Positions 12,152-24,525 of a DNA stretch of 64,000 nt are shown one piece after another. How positions within the stretch are numbered: the first letter of the stretch is position 1; each line of letters begins with the position of its first letter. This DNA comes from Leucoraja ocellata (taxonomy: Eukaryota), in the NCBI GenBank assembly GCA_036785375.1, contig JAWMAR010000244.1:1426001-1490000 (forward strand). The letters run 5' to 3'. A program made the translations under genes and the position numbers. The notes beneath the pieces are model-generated. The model searched no databases. It was not told where the DNA came from and saw only the letters and a list, made by a program, of their open reading frames with translations.

Positions 12152-12507
12152 ATATAAGATCTAGACATGCTATAATGGGCATTAGGTGAGGTGGATAAGT
12201 TGAATCCAGCATGCAACAGGAAAAGCATTTATCACCTGTCCTTGCATTCTTTTAGTGGCTGAGTTTCCCAGGGAGTAAATAATCAAGCAACTCAGGGTTA
12301 AAAGATAAGATGGTGGTTAATTCTGAGGCGCACACACTTGTTGAAGGATCTAGCATGCTCTGAAAACAGTCTTTATTAAAAAGGAAATAAGCCAATTAAC
12401 ATCAAATTTCAGACTTTTTACAGTTCTAACATCTCTATAGTCCGTCTATTATTTTCTAACGCTAAGAATTCTACCCTGTACCTCTGTACCTTCTCTGTCA
12501 TATCTTA

Positions 12508-13050
12508 TCTGAAACATCAATAATGAGAAGGGTCCCACTCCGAAACGTCATCCACGTTCTCCACAGATGCTGCCTGACCCACTGAGTTACTCCCGCATGT
12601 TGTGTGAACCAAAATCTGCAGTTCCTTGTTTCTGCAGATTTACCAGAATTAGGGGATATGGGTGACAGAGAAAGGTTAGACAGACTTGGATTGTTTTCTC
12701 TGGAATGCTGGAGATTAAAGGGAAAGCTGATAGAAATATATAAAATTATGAGAGACACAGATAATATAGACAGTCAGAATTGTTTTTCCCAGAATGGACA
12801 CATCAAATACTAGAGGGCATAGCTTTAAGGTGAGAGGGGCAAAGTTGTGCAGTGAACCTTTTTTATACAGAGGGTGGTGAGAGCCTGGAACACGCTTCCA
12901 GGGTTGGTCATTACAGCAGACACAATAGTAGCGTTTACAGTAAGAGGCTTTTGGATAGGCATAGGGATATGCGCAGTTATAGAAGAGATTGTCTTGGCAT
13001 CTTATTTGACATTGTGGCCCAAAGGACCTGTTCTTGTGCTGTACTGTTCA
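12508..13050 (+). mobile_element. Penelope short repeat (12508-12635) abutting an old CR1 3' fragment
   Basis: GAAGGGTCCCACTCCGAAACGTC core, then [20 protein letters not shown]1 coding. Confidence 0.65.
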
Positions 13051-13522
13051 TCAATTTTCGTCCTTTCTCATTTCCAATATTGCAATTAATTAACTCAATA
13101 TCTCACCTCACAGGCTCTGTGTGGACTGTTGAGCATTTCCAAATTGTTCAAATTTATTTCAGATTTCCAGCATCTGCAATATGACAGATCAGTTGTACTA
13201 TCCTTTGGACCAGCAACATGATACTGTTATTTTTGTTGTTAGCATTGGGCATGCACCCAGTTACATGGCAGGGATTGCAAAACAATTTTCAGGAAGTTTA
13301 AGTTGTAACATGTGGTATGGTGAGAGGTAAAAGGAACCTAGACATTAAGATGTAGGTGGTCAGATTTTGTAGTTGAATGTTATCATGAAAGAAAGCCAAA
13401 AATGATTAAACATGGAAAATACTAGGACGTGCAGTTCCTCTTTTTTAGGGGTCTTTTTATATTTAGGAGTTTGTCTGCGATAGAAGTTGAACTTTCTTTA
13501 ACTGTTACTCCGTATCTTCATA

Positions 13523-14696
13523 CAGGTGCACAACCTTTTATCCGAAAGCCTTGGGACCAGACACTTGTCGGATTTCGGACATTTTCGGATTTCAGAATGG
13601 AAGATTTTTAGCGTAGATTAGGTAGGTAGCACGGGCGGCTTGAAAAGTCTGGAGCAGCTGCCTCCTCCCCGGAGACCAGGAGAATCATTGCATAAATGTT
13701 AGTCAGTTAGTTTGGAGGGATTTTATGTGGTGGTGGTGGTGTAGGGGTGAAGGGGGAAACTTTAATTCTTAGTCCCCTACCTACCTGGTCGGCGACTCCC
13801 AACCTCGCGGAGCTGGGGGCTCCGTCCGGCCGCGGGCGGCGCCGGTTGTAGCTCCGACCCCGGCAACTCTACCCCTGGCTGCGAGGCGCTCCAAATCCAG
13901 CGCGGCCGCGGCCGGACATCCCAGTTCCGAGAATGTCGGGAGTCGGCGGCGTCGCAGCGCTGGGATACCAATGCCTTACCGGGTCGCCGTGCGGCAAGCT
14001 CCGGAGCGCTGTGGCCGCCTTCTTCCAACATTCGCGGAGCGTCGCTGGATTTGGAGCCGCGGAGCTGGGGGCACCACCGGCCGCGGGCGGCGCCGGTTGG
14101 AGCTCCGACCCCGGCAACTCTACCCCTGGCTGCGCGGCTCCAAATCCAGCGACGCTCCGCGATGTTGTGTGTCGGCGGCCACAGCGCTCCGGAGCTTGCC
14201 GCACGGCGACCCGGCGACGCCGCCGACTCCCGACATTCGCGGAGCTGGGGCGTCCGGCCGCGGGCCGCGCTGGATTTGGAGCGCCTCGCAGCCAGGGGTA
14301 GAGTTGCCGGGGTCGGAGCTACAACCGGCGCCGCCCGCGGCCACAGCGCTGCGGAGCTTACTGCACGGCGACCCGGTAAGGCATTGACCGCTCCCCGCCT
14401 CTCCGACCAGGTAGGGGACTAAGAATTAAAGTTTACCCCTTCACCCCCCTTCACATAAAAGCCCTCCAAACTAACTGACTAACATTTAAGCAATGATTTA
14501 CCGATGTTTAAGTGTCTCCCGGTCTCCAGGGAGGAGGCAGCCGCTACAGTAGTACAGACCTGGGTTGACCGTGGGTCGTTTTGGGTCAGGTTTGGCGCCA
14601 AACGCGAGCTTTGGTGCGCAGACGACATCTGGAAAAAATGGCCGGTTTTCGGAGCTTTTCGGTTTCTGGAACACCGGATAAAAGGTTGTGCACCTG
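13523..14696. mobile_element. Non-autonomous Tc1/mariner-superfamily (pogo/Tigger-like) DNA transposon / MITE
   Basis: Perfect 22-bp TIR CAGGTGCACAACCTTTTATCCG ... CGGATAAAAGGTTGTGCACCTG, TA on both sides (13521-22, 14697-98), no transposase, GC-rich fold-back interior. Confidence 0.9.
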
Positions 14697-15307
14697 TACT
14701 ATCTATAAATTATATATGCCGTTTCATTATAGTATTCTTTGTTCGCGCCTTGTAAATTGAAGGGGCATTTGCTAAAGACTTGATAGATATGTTTTCTTGG
14801 GGGGGTCACTCCACTTCATTGGCAGATGCCCCATTTGCCTATAGAAGATTTTTTTAAGCTAACACTAATACAAGTGAAGGGGAGGTAAATTCCAAACAAC
14901 CAGCTCTATATAAAATATTATACATCACAAACATTGGATCAACAACATATCTGGGGGTTTCTATTAAATTATTCTTACTGTAAATAAAGAAATATAACAC
15001 AGCTTTATAGAACTTTTTTGTTTAATTATCATAATTCCAATAGTTATTCAGTGAAGTGGATTTCGTCACCAATCTCATTGGTTTTCCTCACTTCTCTGGA
15101 CCATCTGGACACCAGGAACGCAGGTCAGATTGTTGTTCATTGACTACAGCTCAGTTTCATTGGTGGGTCAGCAATGGAAACAGCTAGCAGGTCTAAATTT
15201 CAGGACAGTAACATCTCATATGACCTGTACTGAACCCAGCACTTAGAGTATGCACAAAAAGGTTGAACCAGCAGCTCTACTTTTTTAGAAATTCAAACAG
15301 TTTGGGT

Positions 15308-17007
15308 ACTTCACTCCCTGACGAGCTCAATGCATTTTACGCACGCTTTGACAGGGAGAATACCGATGTGCCTTCCCGATCCCCCATTTGCTGTGATGGC
15401 ATTTCAGTCTCAGTCACAGAGGCCGATGTCAGGAAATCCTTCAGAGGGGTGAACCCCCGAAAAGCACCTGGTCCTGAATGTATACTCGGTCGTGTTCTAA
15501 AAACCTGTGCGGACTAACTGGCGGGAGTTTTTACAGACATTTTCAACCTCTCACTTCTGAGGTCTGAGGTTCCCACCTGCTTTAAAAGGGCATCAATTAT
15601 ACGAGTGCCCAAGAAAAGTAAGGTGACGTGCCTCAATGACTATCGACCAGTGGCACTAACGCCGGTGGTGATGAAGTGCTTTGAGAGGTTGATCATGGAG
15701 CAAATCAACTCCTACCTCGACAAAAACCTGGACCCACTGCAGTTCGCGTACCGCCACAACAGATCAACGGTGGATGCGATCTCGCTGGCTCTCCACTCCG
15801 CACTGGTCCACTTGGACAACAAAAACTCATATGTCAGGCTGTTATTCATTAATTACAGCTCGGCATTTAACACAATCATCCCCTCCAAACTGGTCACCAA
15901 ACTCGCAGAACTGGGTCTCTGGGCATCCCTCTGCAACTGGATCCTCAACTTCCTCATCCACAGACCATAGTCTGTTCGTATTGGTGGAAATATGTCAGCC
16001 TCGATAACAATCAGCACGGGAGCACCTCAAGGCTGCATGCTCAGCCCGCTGCTGTACTCACTCTATACCCATGACTGCATAGCAAACCACAGTGCGAATT
16101 CCATCATCAAGTTCGCTGACGACACCACTATTGTGGGGCGTATCACTGATGGGGATGAGTCAGAGTACAGAAGAGAGATCGGACAACTGTCCATATGGTG
16201 CCAGCGCAATAACCTGGCCCTCAACACCAGCAAAACCAAGGAACTGATTGTGGACTTTGGAAGGAGTAGGAGGGGGACCCACAGCCCCATCTATATCAAT
16301 GGGTCGATGGTTGAAAGGGTCAAGAACTTGAAATTCCTGGGCGTGCACATCTCTGAAGATCTTTCCTGGTCCGAGAACACTAACGCAATTATCAAAAAAG
16401 CTCATCAGCGCCTCTACTTCCTGAGAAGATTACGGAGAGTTGGATTGTCAAGGAAGACTCTCTCTAACTTCTACAGGTGCACAGTCGAAAGCATACTGAC
16501 TGGTTGCATCGTGGCTTGGTTTGGCAATTTGAGCGCCCTGGAGAGGAAAAGACTACAAAAAGTAGTAAACATTGCCCAGTCCATCATCGGCTCTGACCTT
16601 CCTTCCATCGAGGGGATTTATCGCAGTCGCTGCCTCAAAAAGGCTGGCAGTATCATCAAAGACCCACACCATCCTGGCCACACACTCATCTCCCTGCTAC
16701 CTTCAGGTAGAAGGTACAGGAGCCTGAAGACTGCAACAACCAGGTTCAGGAATAGCTACTTCCCCACAGCCATTAGGCTATTAAACCTGCCTCGGACAAA
16801 ACTCTGATTATTAATAACCACTTTCTGTTATTTTCACTTTACCAGTTTATTTATTCATGTATATATTTATATCATGGTATATGGACACATTTATCTGTTT
16901 TGTAGTGAATGCCTACTATTTTCTGTGTGCTTAAGCAAAGCAAGAATTGCATTGTCCTATACAGGGACACATGACAATAAACTCACTTGAACTTGAACTT
17001 GAACTTC
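15308..17007 (+). mobile_element. Rex1/Babar LINE, 5'-truncated, RT with in-frame stops
   Basis: [38 protein letters not shown] and KFLGVHI motifs; stops at 15515 and 15968; (ACTTGA)n tail; short ACTTCA repeat at both ends. Confidence 0.93.
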
Positions 17008-17212
17008 AGTGAATACTCTAACAAGCCTTTACAGATGCGGTGTAAAAAATATCTATTCAGGAAATGCATTGTGACATGGTATGGCAATTCCAATGAGCAG
17101 GAATGCAAGAGGCTGCAGAGAGTGGTGCAATCATCCCAGTATATCACAGGCACAGTTCTCTATACAATCAAAAACATCTGCATGGGGTGCTGCCTCAAGA
17201 AGGCAGCATCCA

Positions 17213-18757
17213 TCACTTTCTCCACAATTTGTTACGTGACAGCCTTACTTTAAAATTGATTAAATCCTTTTTTTTCATCAATCTACACACAATACCCCAG
17301 AATAAAGAAGTGAAAACAGGTGTTTAGAAATTTTTGCAAAGTAATTAAAAGGAAATATCACATTTACATAAGTTTTCAGACCCTTTGCTATGACACTCAG
17401 AATTGAGCTTAGGTTCATCCTGTTTCCATTGATTATCCTTGAGATGTTTCTACAACTTGATTGGAGTCTACCAGTGGTAAATTAAATTGATTGGACATTG
17501 AAGGCACACACCTGTTTATATAAGGTCCCACAGTTGACGGAGCAAAAACCAAGCCATGATGGAATTTGTCTTAGACCTCCGAGACAGGATTGTGTTGAGA
17601 CACAGATCTGCGGAAGGGTATGAAATAATTTCTGCAGCGTTACAGGTCCCATGGCCTCCGTCCTTCTTAAATGGAAGAACTTTGGAACCACCAGGACTCT
17701 TCATAGAACTGGCCGCCCAGCCAAACTGACCAATCGGTGAGAAGGGTCTTTGTCAGGGAGATGACCTTGAGCCCAATGGTCACTCTTACAGAGCTCCAGA
17801 GTTCCTCTGTGGAGATGGGAGAACCTTCCAGAAGGACAACTATATCTGCAGCACTCCATCAATCAGGCCATTATGGTAGAGTGGCCAGACGAAAGCCACT
17901 CCTCAGTAAAAGGCACATGACAGCCCACTTGGAGTTGCCCAAAAGGCATGAGAAACAACATTCTCTGATCTGATGAAACCAAGATTGAACTCTTCGGCAT
18001 GAATGCCATGCATCACGTCTGGAGGAAACCAGGCACCGCTCATCACCTGGCCAATAGCATACCTACGGTGAAGCATGGTGGTGGCAGCATCATGCTGTGA
18101 CGATGTTTTTCAGCGGCAGGAACTGGGATCGTTCCGGATCGAGATCAGGATCGAGGGAAAGATGAACAGAGCAAAGTAGCGAGAGATCCTTGATGAAAAC
18201 CTGCTCCAGAGCGTTCAGACAAGGGTGGAAGTTCATCTTCCAACCGGACAATGACCCTAAGCACACAGCCAGGATAATGCAGGAGTGGCTTCATGACAAG
18301 TCTGCGACTGGCCTTGTGTGGCCCAGCCAGAGCCCGGAATTGAACCCGATCGAACATCTTTGGAGGGACCTGAAAATAACTGTGCATCAACGCTCCCCAT
18401 CCAACCTGGCAAAGCTTGAGAGGATCTGCAGACTAGAATGGGAGAAATTACCCAAATACAGGGTGTGCCAAGCTTGTAATGTCATACCCAAGAAGACTTG
18501 AGGCTGTAATTGCTGCCAAAGGTGCCTCATCAAAGTACTGAGTAAAGGGTCTGAATACTTATGTAAATGTGATAATTCAGTTATTTCTCTTTAATTACTT
18601 TGCAAATGTTTCTAAACACCTGTTTTCACTTTCATATTATGGGTTATTGTGTGTAGATTGATGATAAAAAAATGAATTTAATCCATTTTAGAATAAGGCT
18701 ATAACATAACAAAATGGGGAAAAAGTGAAGGGGTCTGAATACTTTCTGAATGCACTG
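17213..18757 (+). mobile_element. Tc1 (DD34E, IR/DR-type) transposon with decayed transposase; outer left end missing
   Basis: About 200-bp inverted repeats (17213-17385 vs 18545-18757) with internal GGGTCTGAATACTT direct repeats. Right end ...TGCACTG|TA. Motifs GRVARRKPLL, SDETKIEL, QPDNDPKH and WPSQSPELNPIEHLW lie in broken frames. Confidence 0.93.
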
Positions 18758-18947
18758 TAAATCATCCCCTCTATCCAGAACATCCCCTCTTCTTGATATT
18801 ACCCATGGAGAGGAGGTATAGAAGCCTGAAATCCCACCCCATCGGGTTCAGGAACAGCTGTTCAGGAAAAACTAGGATGGAAGTGTTTAGGAAAGTATTG
18901 CATGGCAAAACTAATCACAATTCCGTTAGCCATTTTATTTGAGCATA

Positions 18948-19360
18948 ATAGAAACATAGAAACATAGAAAATAGGTGCAGGAGTAGGCCATTCAGCCCTT
19001 CGAGCCTGCACCACCATTCAATATGATCATGGCTGATCATCCAACTCAGTATCCCGTACCTGCCTTATCTCCATACCCCCTGATCCCTCTAGCCACAAGG
19101 GCCACATCTAACTCCCTCTTAAGTATTGCACTCCCTCTTAATGTTGTTGAGACAGAAATTTCTTAATTGAAAAATGCAATGATGAATTGGATGAATATAA
19201 AAGAGAGTTAGATAGAGCTCTTGGGGCTAGCAGAATCAAGGGATATGGGGAGAAGGCAGGCACGGGTTACTGATTGTGGATGATCACAATGAATGGCGGT
19301 ACTGGCTTGAAGGGACCAAACGGCCTCCTCCTGCACCTATTTTCTATACTTCTATGTTTT
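18948..19360. mobile_element. Two short CR1 3' ends in divergent orientation (18948-19130 minus; 19195-19360 plus)
   Basis: (TAGAAACA)n tail at left, GGGATATGGGGAGAAGGCAGG...CTATGTTT at right. Confidence 0.75.
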
Positions 19361-20974
19361 CAGCATTTTTTTTGCCATGCAAAAATAATGCATTGTGGAA
19401 TCACAGGGCACTTAGTTAAGGTCCACCCATTCATGTCACTTCAAATATGTCATTCCCTGTGCAGCGTTACATATGGTCCAACAGTCCAGAATAGCCTAAA
19501 GGAATTTCCATTAAAACCTTACAGCACAGTCTCGAGCACTATGCTATTTCTAAAGTGATATAAAATGTACTTACCAGATATTTTCCACAATGTCACCTGT
19601 GTCTTTGAGGGGAATATCAGTTGGGTGATAGATTATTCTTGGAAATACTATGACTATCGCTTTTTCTTTTCAAAGCTGCACTGATCCCGATATTTTGATG
19701 TGTTCTGTCATTCCACCAGAAACGGTAATCCTCTTTGCATTAGCCATTCTTCACTGGACTGAATAGATTGTTACATTGCTTGTGGTGCTGCCTCCAGGAG
19801 ATTATTGAAAATGGAGTTCCTACCCTTTCAGAACTATTCTATAGCTAGCGTTCAGATAATACGTGTTTTAGTTTGCAAATAGTATCAATTCCAGACATCA
19901 GTGAATACGCTCATCGTAGTTCAAATGCTATCCAAGAAATGCAAACCGCCATAAAATATTGCTACGAATTGAAAGTTGACACGGTGTGTTTTGCATGATG
20001 TTATACATTTTCATCTGATAAAATTGATCCATGTAGATCTGAATGGAAGAGTCTTCTTATTACTGAAGAATAAATTGACTTCAGTGTTTATTATCCATTT
20101 AAGAAGTCCCAGGTCAAATAATTTTACTAGAACCACTTTATAAATCATGGCACTCTGATCTTACATCAGATAGCTCCTCCCTCTTCATTTCATCACATAC
20201 TGACAAGCAAAAAATCTAGTCAGCTCTTGGCAGAGACTGTGATTTATGATCATTTCATTGTTGAGAACAATTAAATCATCAATCAATGATAACACAAACT
20301 TGCACCTTACAGGAAATATTAGTTCAATAGGAGGAGAGGTAAAGGAACATTCTCCATTGTACACTCGGTTAGATCCTTGTGATCTATAGTTCAGGCCCAC
20401 TTACCTGCCTTAGTTCCATATTTCTTGATGGCCCTTCTTAACATAAATCTATTTATTTCAAAGCTTTGATTATATTAGCAATGATTGTTCTACGGGCAAA
20501 GAATTTGAAATTTGTACAACCTTTTGTGTACAAGAAATCTTATTCTTAAATTCTTACTCATGGAAATTTTATGATTGTCACTTTTTTTGTAAAGCTGCAT
20601 TGATCTTGATTTTCTGATGTGTTCTGTCATTTCAGCAGAAATTGTAACCCAGTTTCTTAAGATTAGAATAACATTCTTGATTAGTACGGGCGTCAGGGGT
20701 TATAGGGAGAAGCCAGGAGAATGGGGTTGAGAGGGAAAGATAAATCAGCCTTGATTGAATGGCAGAGTAGACTTGATGGACCGAAAGTCCTAATTCTGCT
20801 CCTGTCACTTATGACCTTATGAACTCCTGTCCTTTCCCTTCTCCAGCTGCTAGTTTTTGTCTCAGTCCCTCGGCTTTTGGCTAACTAGATCCATTATTAG
20901 AATGTAACGGTGCAGGCAGAAAATGACTAAGATGTGCACCATAACTTCAGGAAATTGCAAATAATTTATGTTTT

Positions 20975-21290
20975 CCCTTTGCTGTTGTCATTGCTGCATC
21001 GAGGCAAAATGCAGCTGCTAATTTCTGCACAGCATTTTCTCCCCAAAACACAATGGAATTGCATCCTGATAATTTGTTTACATTGACATTCGAGGGAAAA
21101 TCAATGGTCAGAACGCCAGACATAATTCTTCTGCTCCTGTTTAAAGCAATGTCATAAGATAATTTAAGCCTACTTGAGAAGACAAACATCTCATCCAAAA
21201 GAACGCACTTTGAACAACACAGTACACGGAGTCTGGCGCAGGACTTGGTGCCAGACTGGATTAATGTGCTCACAGCTCTTGAGTGCGCCT
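20975..21290 (-). mobile_element. Ancient Deu-domain SINE (SacSINE1/AmnSINE-like)
   Basis: Reverse complement has collinear blocks resembling the Deu domain as I recall it: TTTGGATGAGATGTT, GAGCAG...GTTCTGACCA.T..TTTCCCTC, AAACAAATTATC, TGCTGTGCAGAAATT.GC.GCTGCATTT. Not aligned computationally. Confidence 0.55.
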
Positions 21291-22588
21291 TGAACTAATG
21301 ATAATGATTAAGCAATAGTTTCTTGGAAAATGATTCAAATTTACAGCCCATTTTGCCTTAATTTAAAAATAGATACAGGAAATTTCAAGGTGATTTAGGC
21401 ACTAAGATTTTAAGTATTTCTGCATTGAATTCAACTATAATCCATTTATTCTTTTGGCATAAAATTCCCCTTATTCCATCTATCCTCGAGAACACAATTG
21501 TCAGAAATTATATTTTCCCTAATATTGTCACTTCACTCAAATCCACTCTATCCCGACAGAAAATAAACCATGGAAGACTGGACAGTTGGCAGTGCTGTTA
21601 TAAGCGAAGCCTATTAATTGAACAGAATGTATTAGTGGAAGATTAGTGGAGTATAGAAGCTACAAGTCTTAGTCATGCATGCTGCCTCCGTTCTTCTCAA
21701 ATAAATGTAGTATTTTATGGGGAAAAAAAGATGTTAAAAGGATAAAGAAGATAACAAATCCCCGAAAAGTCCTTCTCTCAACATCATAAAGATTGGTCAA
21801 TCATGCATGAAGTCACTAATTAATTTCCCTCTAATTATGTCATAGGGAAGCTACCGATTAGCACAATGCCCCATGCTATGTCCAGGGCTAGACCAGTGTC
21901 TGTTATTATTTTGTACAACAACAGATCTTGTCTCTTTCACTGCACTAATCAGTGTGGTGCTGAGTCTTTCCCAACCCGCACCAGCTTGCAGAGGAATTAA
22001 CGACTGTCATTCTCTAAAGCCATGAAAATAGGCTGCATGGAGGTTGATGGACAGGCCTCCAAAACACTGGTTTCCTTTGTCTGCTGTTCTAAGAATGATA
22101 TTAGTTTATTATTTTAATTAAAGATCGAGGTTCCAGATATTTATTAATCATGTTTACTATTAATTATATGATTTGTACATTAGGTTTGCCCCTTCCCTTG
22201 GTACTGGTAAGAAAACACCTGCGCCTTTCTCCTTTGTCGTCGTAATTTCTGCTCTCTAATACTTTCTGAGAACCCTTCTTTTTAACTGTGATTTAATCAC
22301 TGCCTTTCTTTCTTCCCCCATCAAGATTCTCCTTGGGTTTCAGTTTGGTCAGTTCTCCCAACCATATAAAATTGTGCAATGCATTTTTGTATGTGAGAAG
22401 AGCTTCAGAAATGATGTTGTAAATCCCGCTGACAAGATGCTGATATTGTGGTTATTTTCTGGTTGATTCCCGCAGTAAAAATCGTGCAACCAACTCATTG
22501 GGATACAGGAATATGATGAAGTGTTAAGATATTAGGTTAGACAGGCACCAGCTATTAAAATCTACATAAGAAAATCATGTCTACATTG

Positions 22589-23351
22589 GTAGATTACTAT
22601 CTAAATGGCATCAAGTTGGGTAAAGGGGAAGTACAACGGGATCTGGGGGTCCTTGTACATCAGTCTATGAAAGTAAGCATGCAGGTTCAGCGGCAGTGAA
22701 GAAAGCGAATGGCATGTTGGCCTTTATAACAAAAGGAATCGAATATAGGAGCAAAGAGGTCCTTGTGCAGTTGTACAGAGCCATAGTGAGACCACACCTG
22801 GAGTATTGTGTGCAGTTTTGGTCCCCTAATTTGAGGAAGGTCATTCTTGCTATTGAGGGAGTGCAGCGTAGGTTTACAAGGTTAATTCCCAGGATGGCAG
22901 GACTGTCATATGCTGAGAGAATGGAGCAGCTGGGCTTGGACACTCTGGAGTTTAGAAGGATGAGAGGGGATCTCATTAAAACATATAAGACTGTTAAGGG
23001 CTTGGTCACGCTAGAGGCAGGAAACATGTTCCCGATATTGGGGGAGTCCAGAACCAGGGGCCACATTTTAAGAATAAGGGGTAAGCCATTTAGAATGGAG
23101 ACGAGGAAACACTTTTTCTCACAGAGAGTGGTGAGTCTGTGGAATTCTCTGCCTCAGGTGGAGGCAGGTTCTCTGGATGCTTTCAAGAGAGAGCTAGATA
23201 GGGCTCTTAAAAACAGCGGAGTTGGGGGATATGGGGAGAAGGCAGAAACGGGGTACTGATTGGGGATGATCAGCCATGACCACATTGAATGGCGGTGCTG
23301 GCTCGAAGGGCCAAATGGACTACTCCTGCACCTATTGTCTATTGTCTATTG
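22589..23351 (+). mobile_element. CR1 LINE, 5'-truncated
   Basis: ORF 22696-23259 KKANGMLAFI...[14 protein letters not shown]...GYGEKAETGY; (CTATTGT)n tail. Confidence 0.92.
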
Positions 23352-23499
23352 GCACTAAGTTATTTTGTACTAGATTCAAAAGGAGAATATTGGTATTACT
23401 TAAATTAAAAGTTACAATCAGAGTTGAGACAGATTAATTGGGATCATGAGCATTCATGATTGAGAACTGGAAATGTGTATTAGATCTTCAAACTTTAGG

Positions 23500-23786
23500 C
23501 ATCAGAGTTGCAGCATGGAAACAGGCCCTTCGGTCCATCGCGTCCACCCTGACGGGCAATCATCCCGTACACTAGTACTATACTACACAATAGGGGCAAT
23601 TTACAGGCCAATTAATCTGCAAACCAGTACATCTTTGGAGTGTGGGGGGAAAGCGGAGCATCCTAGTAAAATACACATGATCACAAGGAGAACGTACAAA
23701 CTCCACACAGACAGCTCCCATAACCAGGATTAAAAACCCGGGTTTCTGGCACTGTAGAGCAGCAACTACCACGCCATTGTGCCACC
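23500..23786 (-). mobile_element. HE1-like SINE
   Basis: Reverse complement starts GGTGGCACAATGGCGTGGTAGTTGCTG...ACCCGGGTT (tRNA-like A/B boxes) and ends with the CR1-like GAAGGGCCTGTTTCC. Confidence 0.8.
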
Positions 23787-23922
23787 AAATGTCATTGTTG
23801 CACTAAAGATTGGGCACACTGGAGGCAAATGTAGGATTGAAGTGATCAAAAGATTCAATGGGAAGCCACAGTTGAATTACATTATGTATGTGATTTAACC
23901 AAGACAGGCTGAAACCCGTGCA

Positions 23923-23985
23923 AGGAAGGTTTCTCCTGCACAATTAGCCATTGCCAACTCTGATTTGTGCAGGAGAAACCTTCCT
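23923..23985. other. Isolated perfect 21-bp stem hairpin (pre-miRNA-like or mini-MITE)
   Basis: AGGAAGGTTTCTCCTGCACAA (23923-43) is the exact reverse complement of TTGTGCAGGAGAAACCTTCCT (23965-85); 21-nt spacer. The structure is certain, the function unknown. Confidence 0.6.
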
Positions 23986-24114
23986 CCTTGTGCATTTGTG
24001 ACAATCATGGCAGTGAGATGCTGGCATTAATCCTCATGCCTCTGGTGTTATCATGGCAAATGCAAATAGAATCCAAATGAACTATCATGGACTTCATGAC
24101 ATATTAGGCAAGTC

Positions 24115-24525
24115 CCCAGTTTTCTGTGGTTTTATATATAAAAATAAATTCAATTGCTTAGTGCACAAGTTTTTCCTATGAAATAGAATCTCTAGGCCAT
24201 GAAATGTCAGTTAGCCCTCTGTGGTTGTCCCTGCTCTTTCAAAACAACTTCTAATTGCTCTCACTCCCCGACTCTTTCCTCATGGCATGTAATTTGTTCT
24301 TGGTCCTGAGGCAATTGTATCTATTATTAGCGATTGTCCAAAGATAGACACAAAATGCTAGAGTAACTCAGCGGGTTAGGCAGCATCTCTGGAGAAAATA
24401 GATATGTGATGTTTTGATTTGGGACATTTTGAAGGGTCCCAACCCTTCAAACCAATCTTTTTTCTCTAGAGATGCTGCCTGACCTGCTGAGTTACTCCAG
24501 CATTTTAGTTTCTATCTTTGGTGTA
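24115..24525. repeat. Arm 1 of an inverted local duplication (partner: 27635-27836 joined to 29912-30118)
   Basis: AATTCAATTGCTTAGTGCACAAGTTTTTCCTA (from 24147) is the reverse complement of 30051-30082. Homology continues through to the inverted Penelope pair. Confidence 0.8.

Larger units (their letters stand above)
15155..18860 (+). mobile_element. Ancient Rex1-like fragment split into three pieces (15155-15307, 17008-17212, 18760-18860)
   Basis: Degenerate collinear RT C-terminal motifs (QQLYFFR / CIVTWYGN..ECKRLQRVV..CLKKAASI / RRYRSLK) on either side of the young Rex1 and the Tc1. Confidence 0.65.

Noticed and set aside
13777-14422. Overlapping ORFs inside the MITE (possible transposase)
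   Set aside because: No DDE or HTH motifs; an artefact of the GC-rich fold-back.
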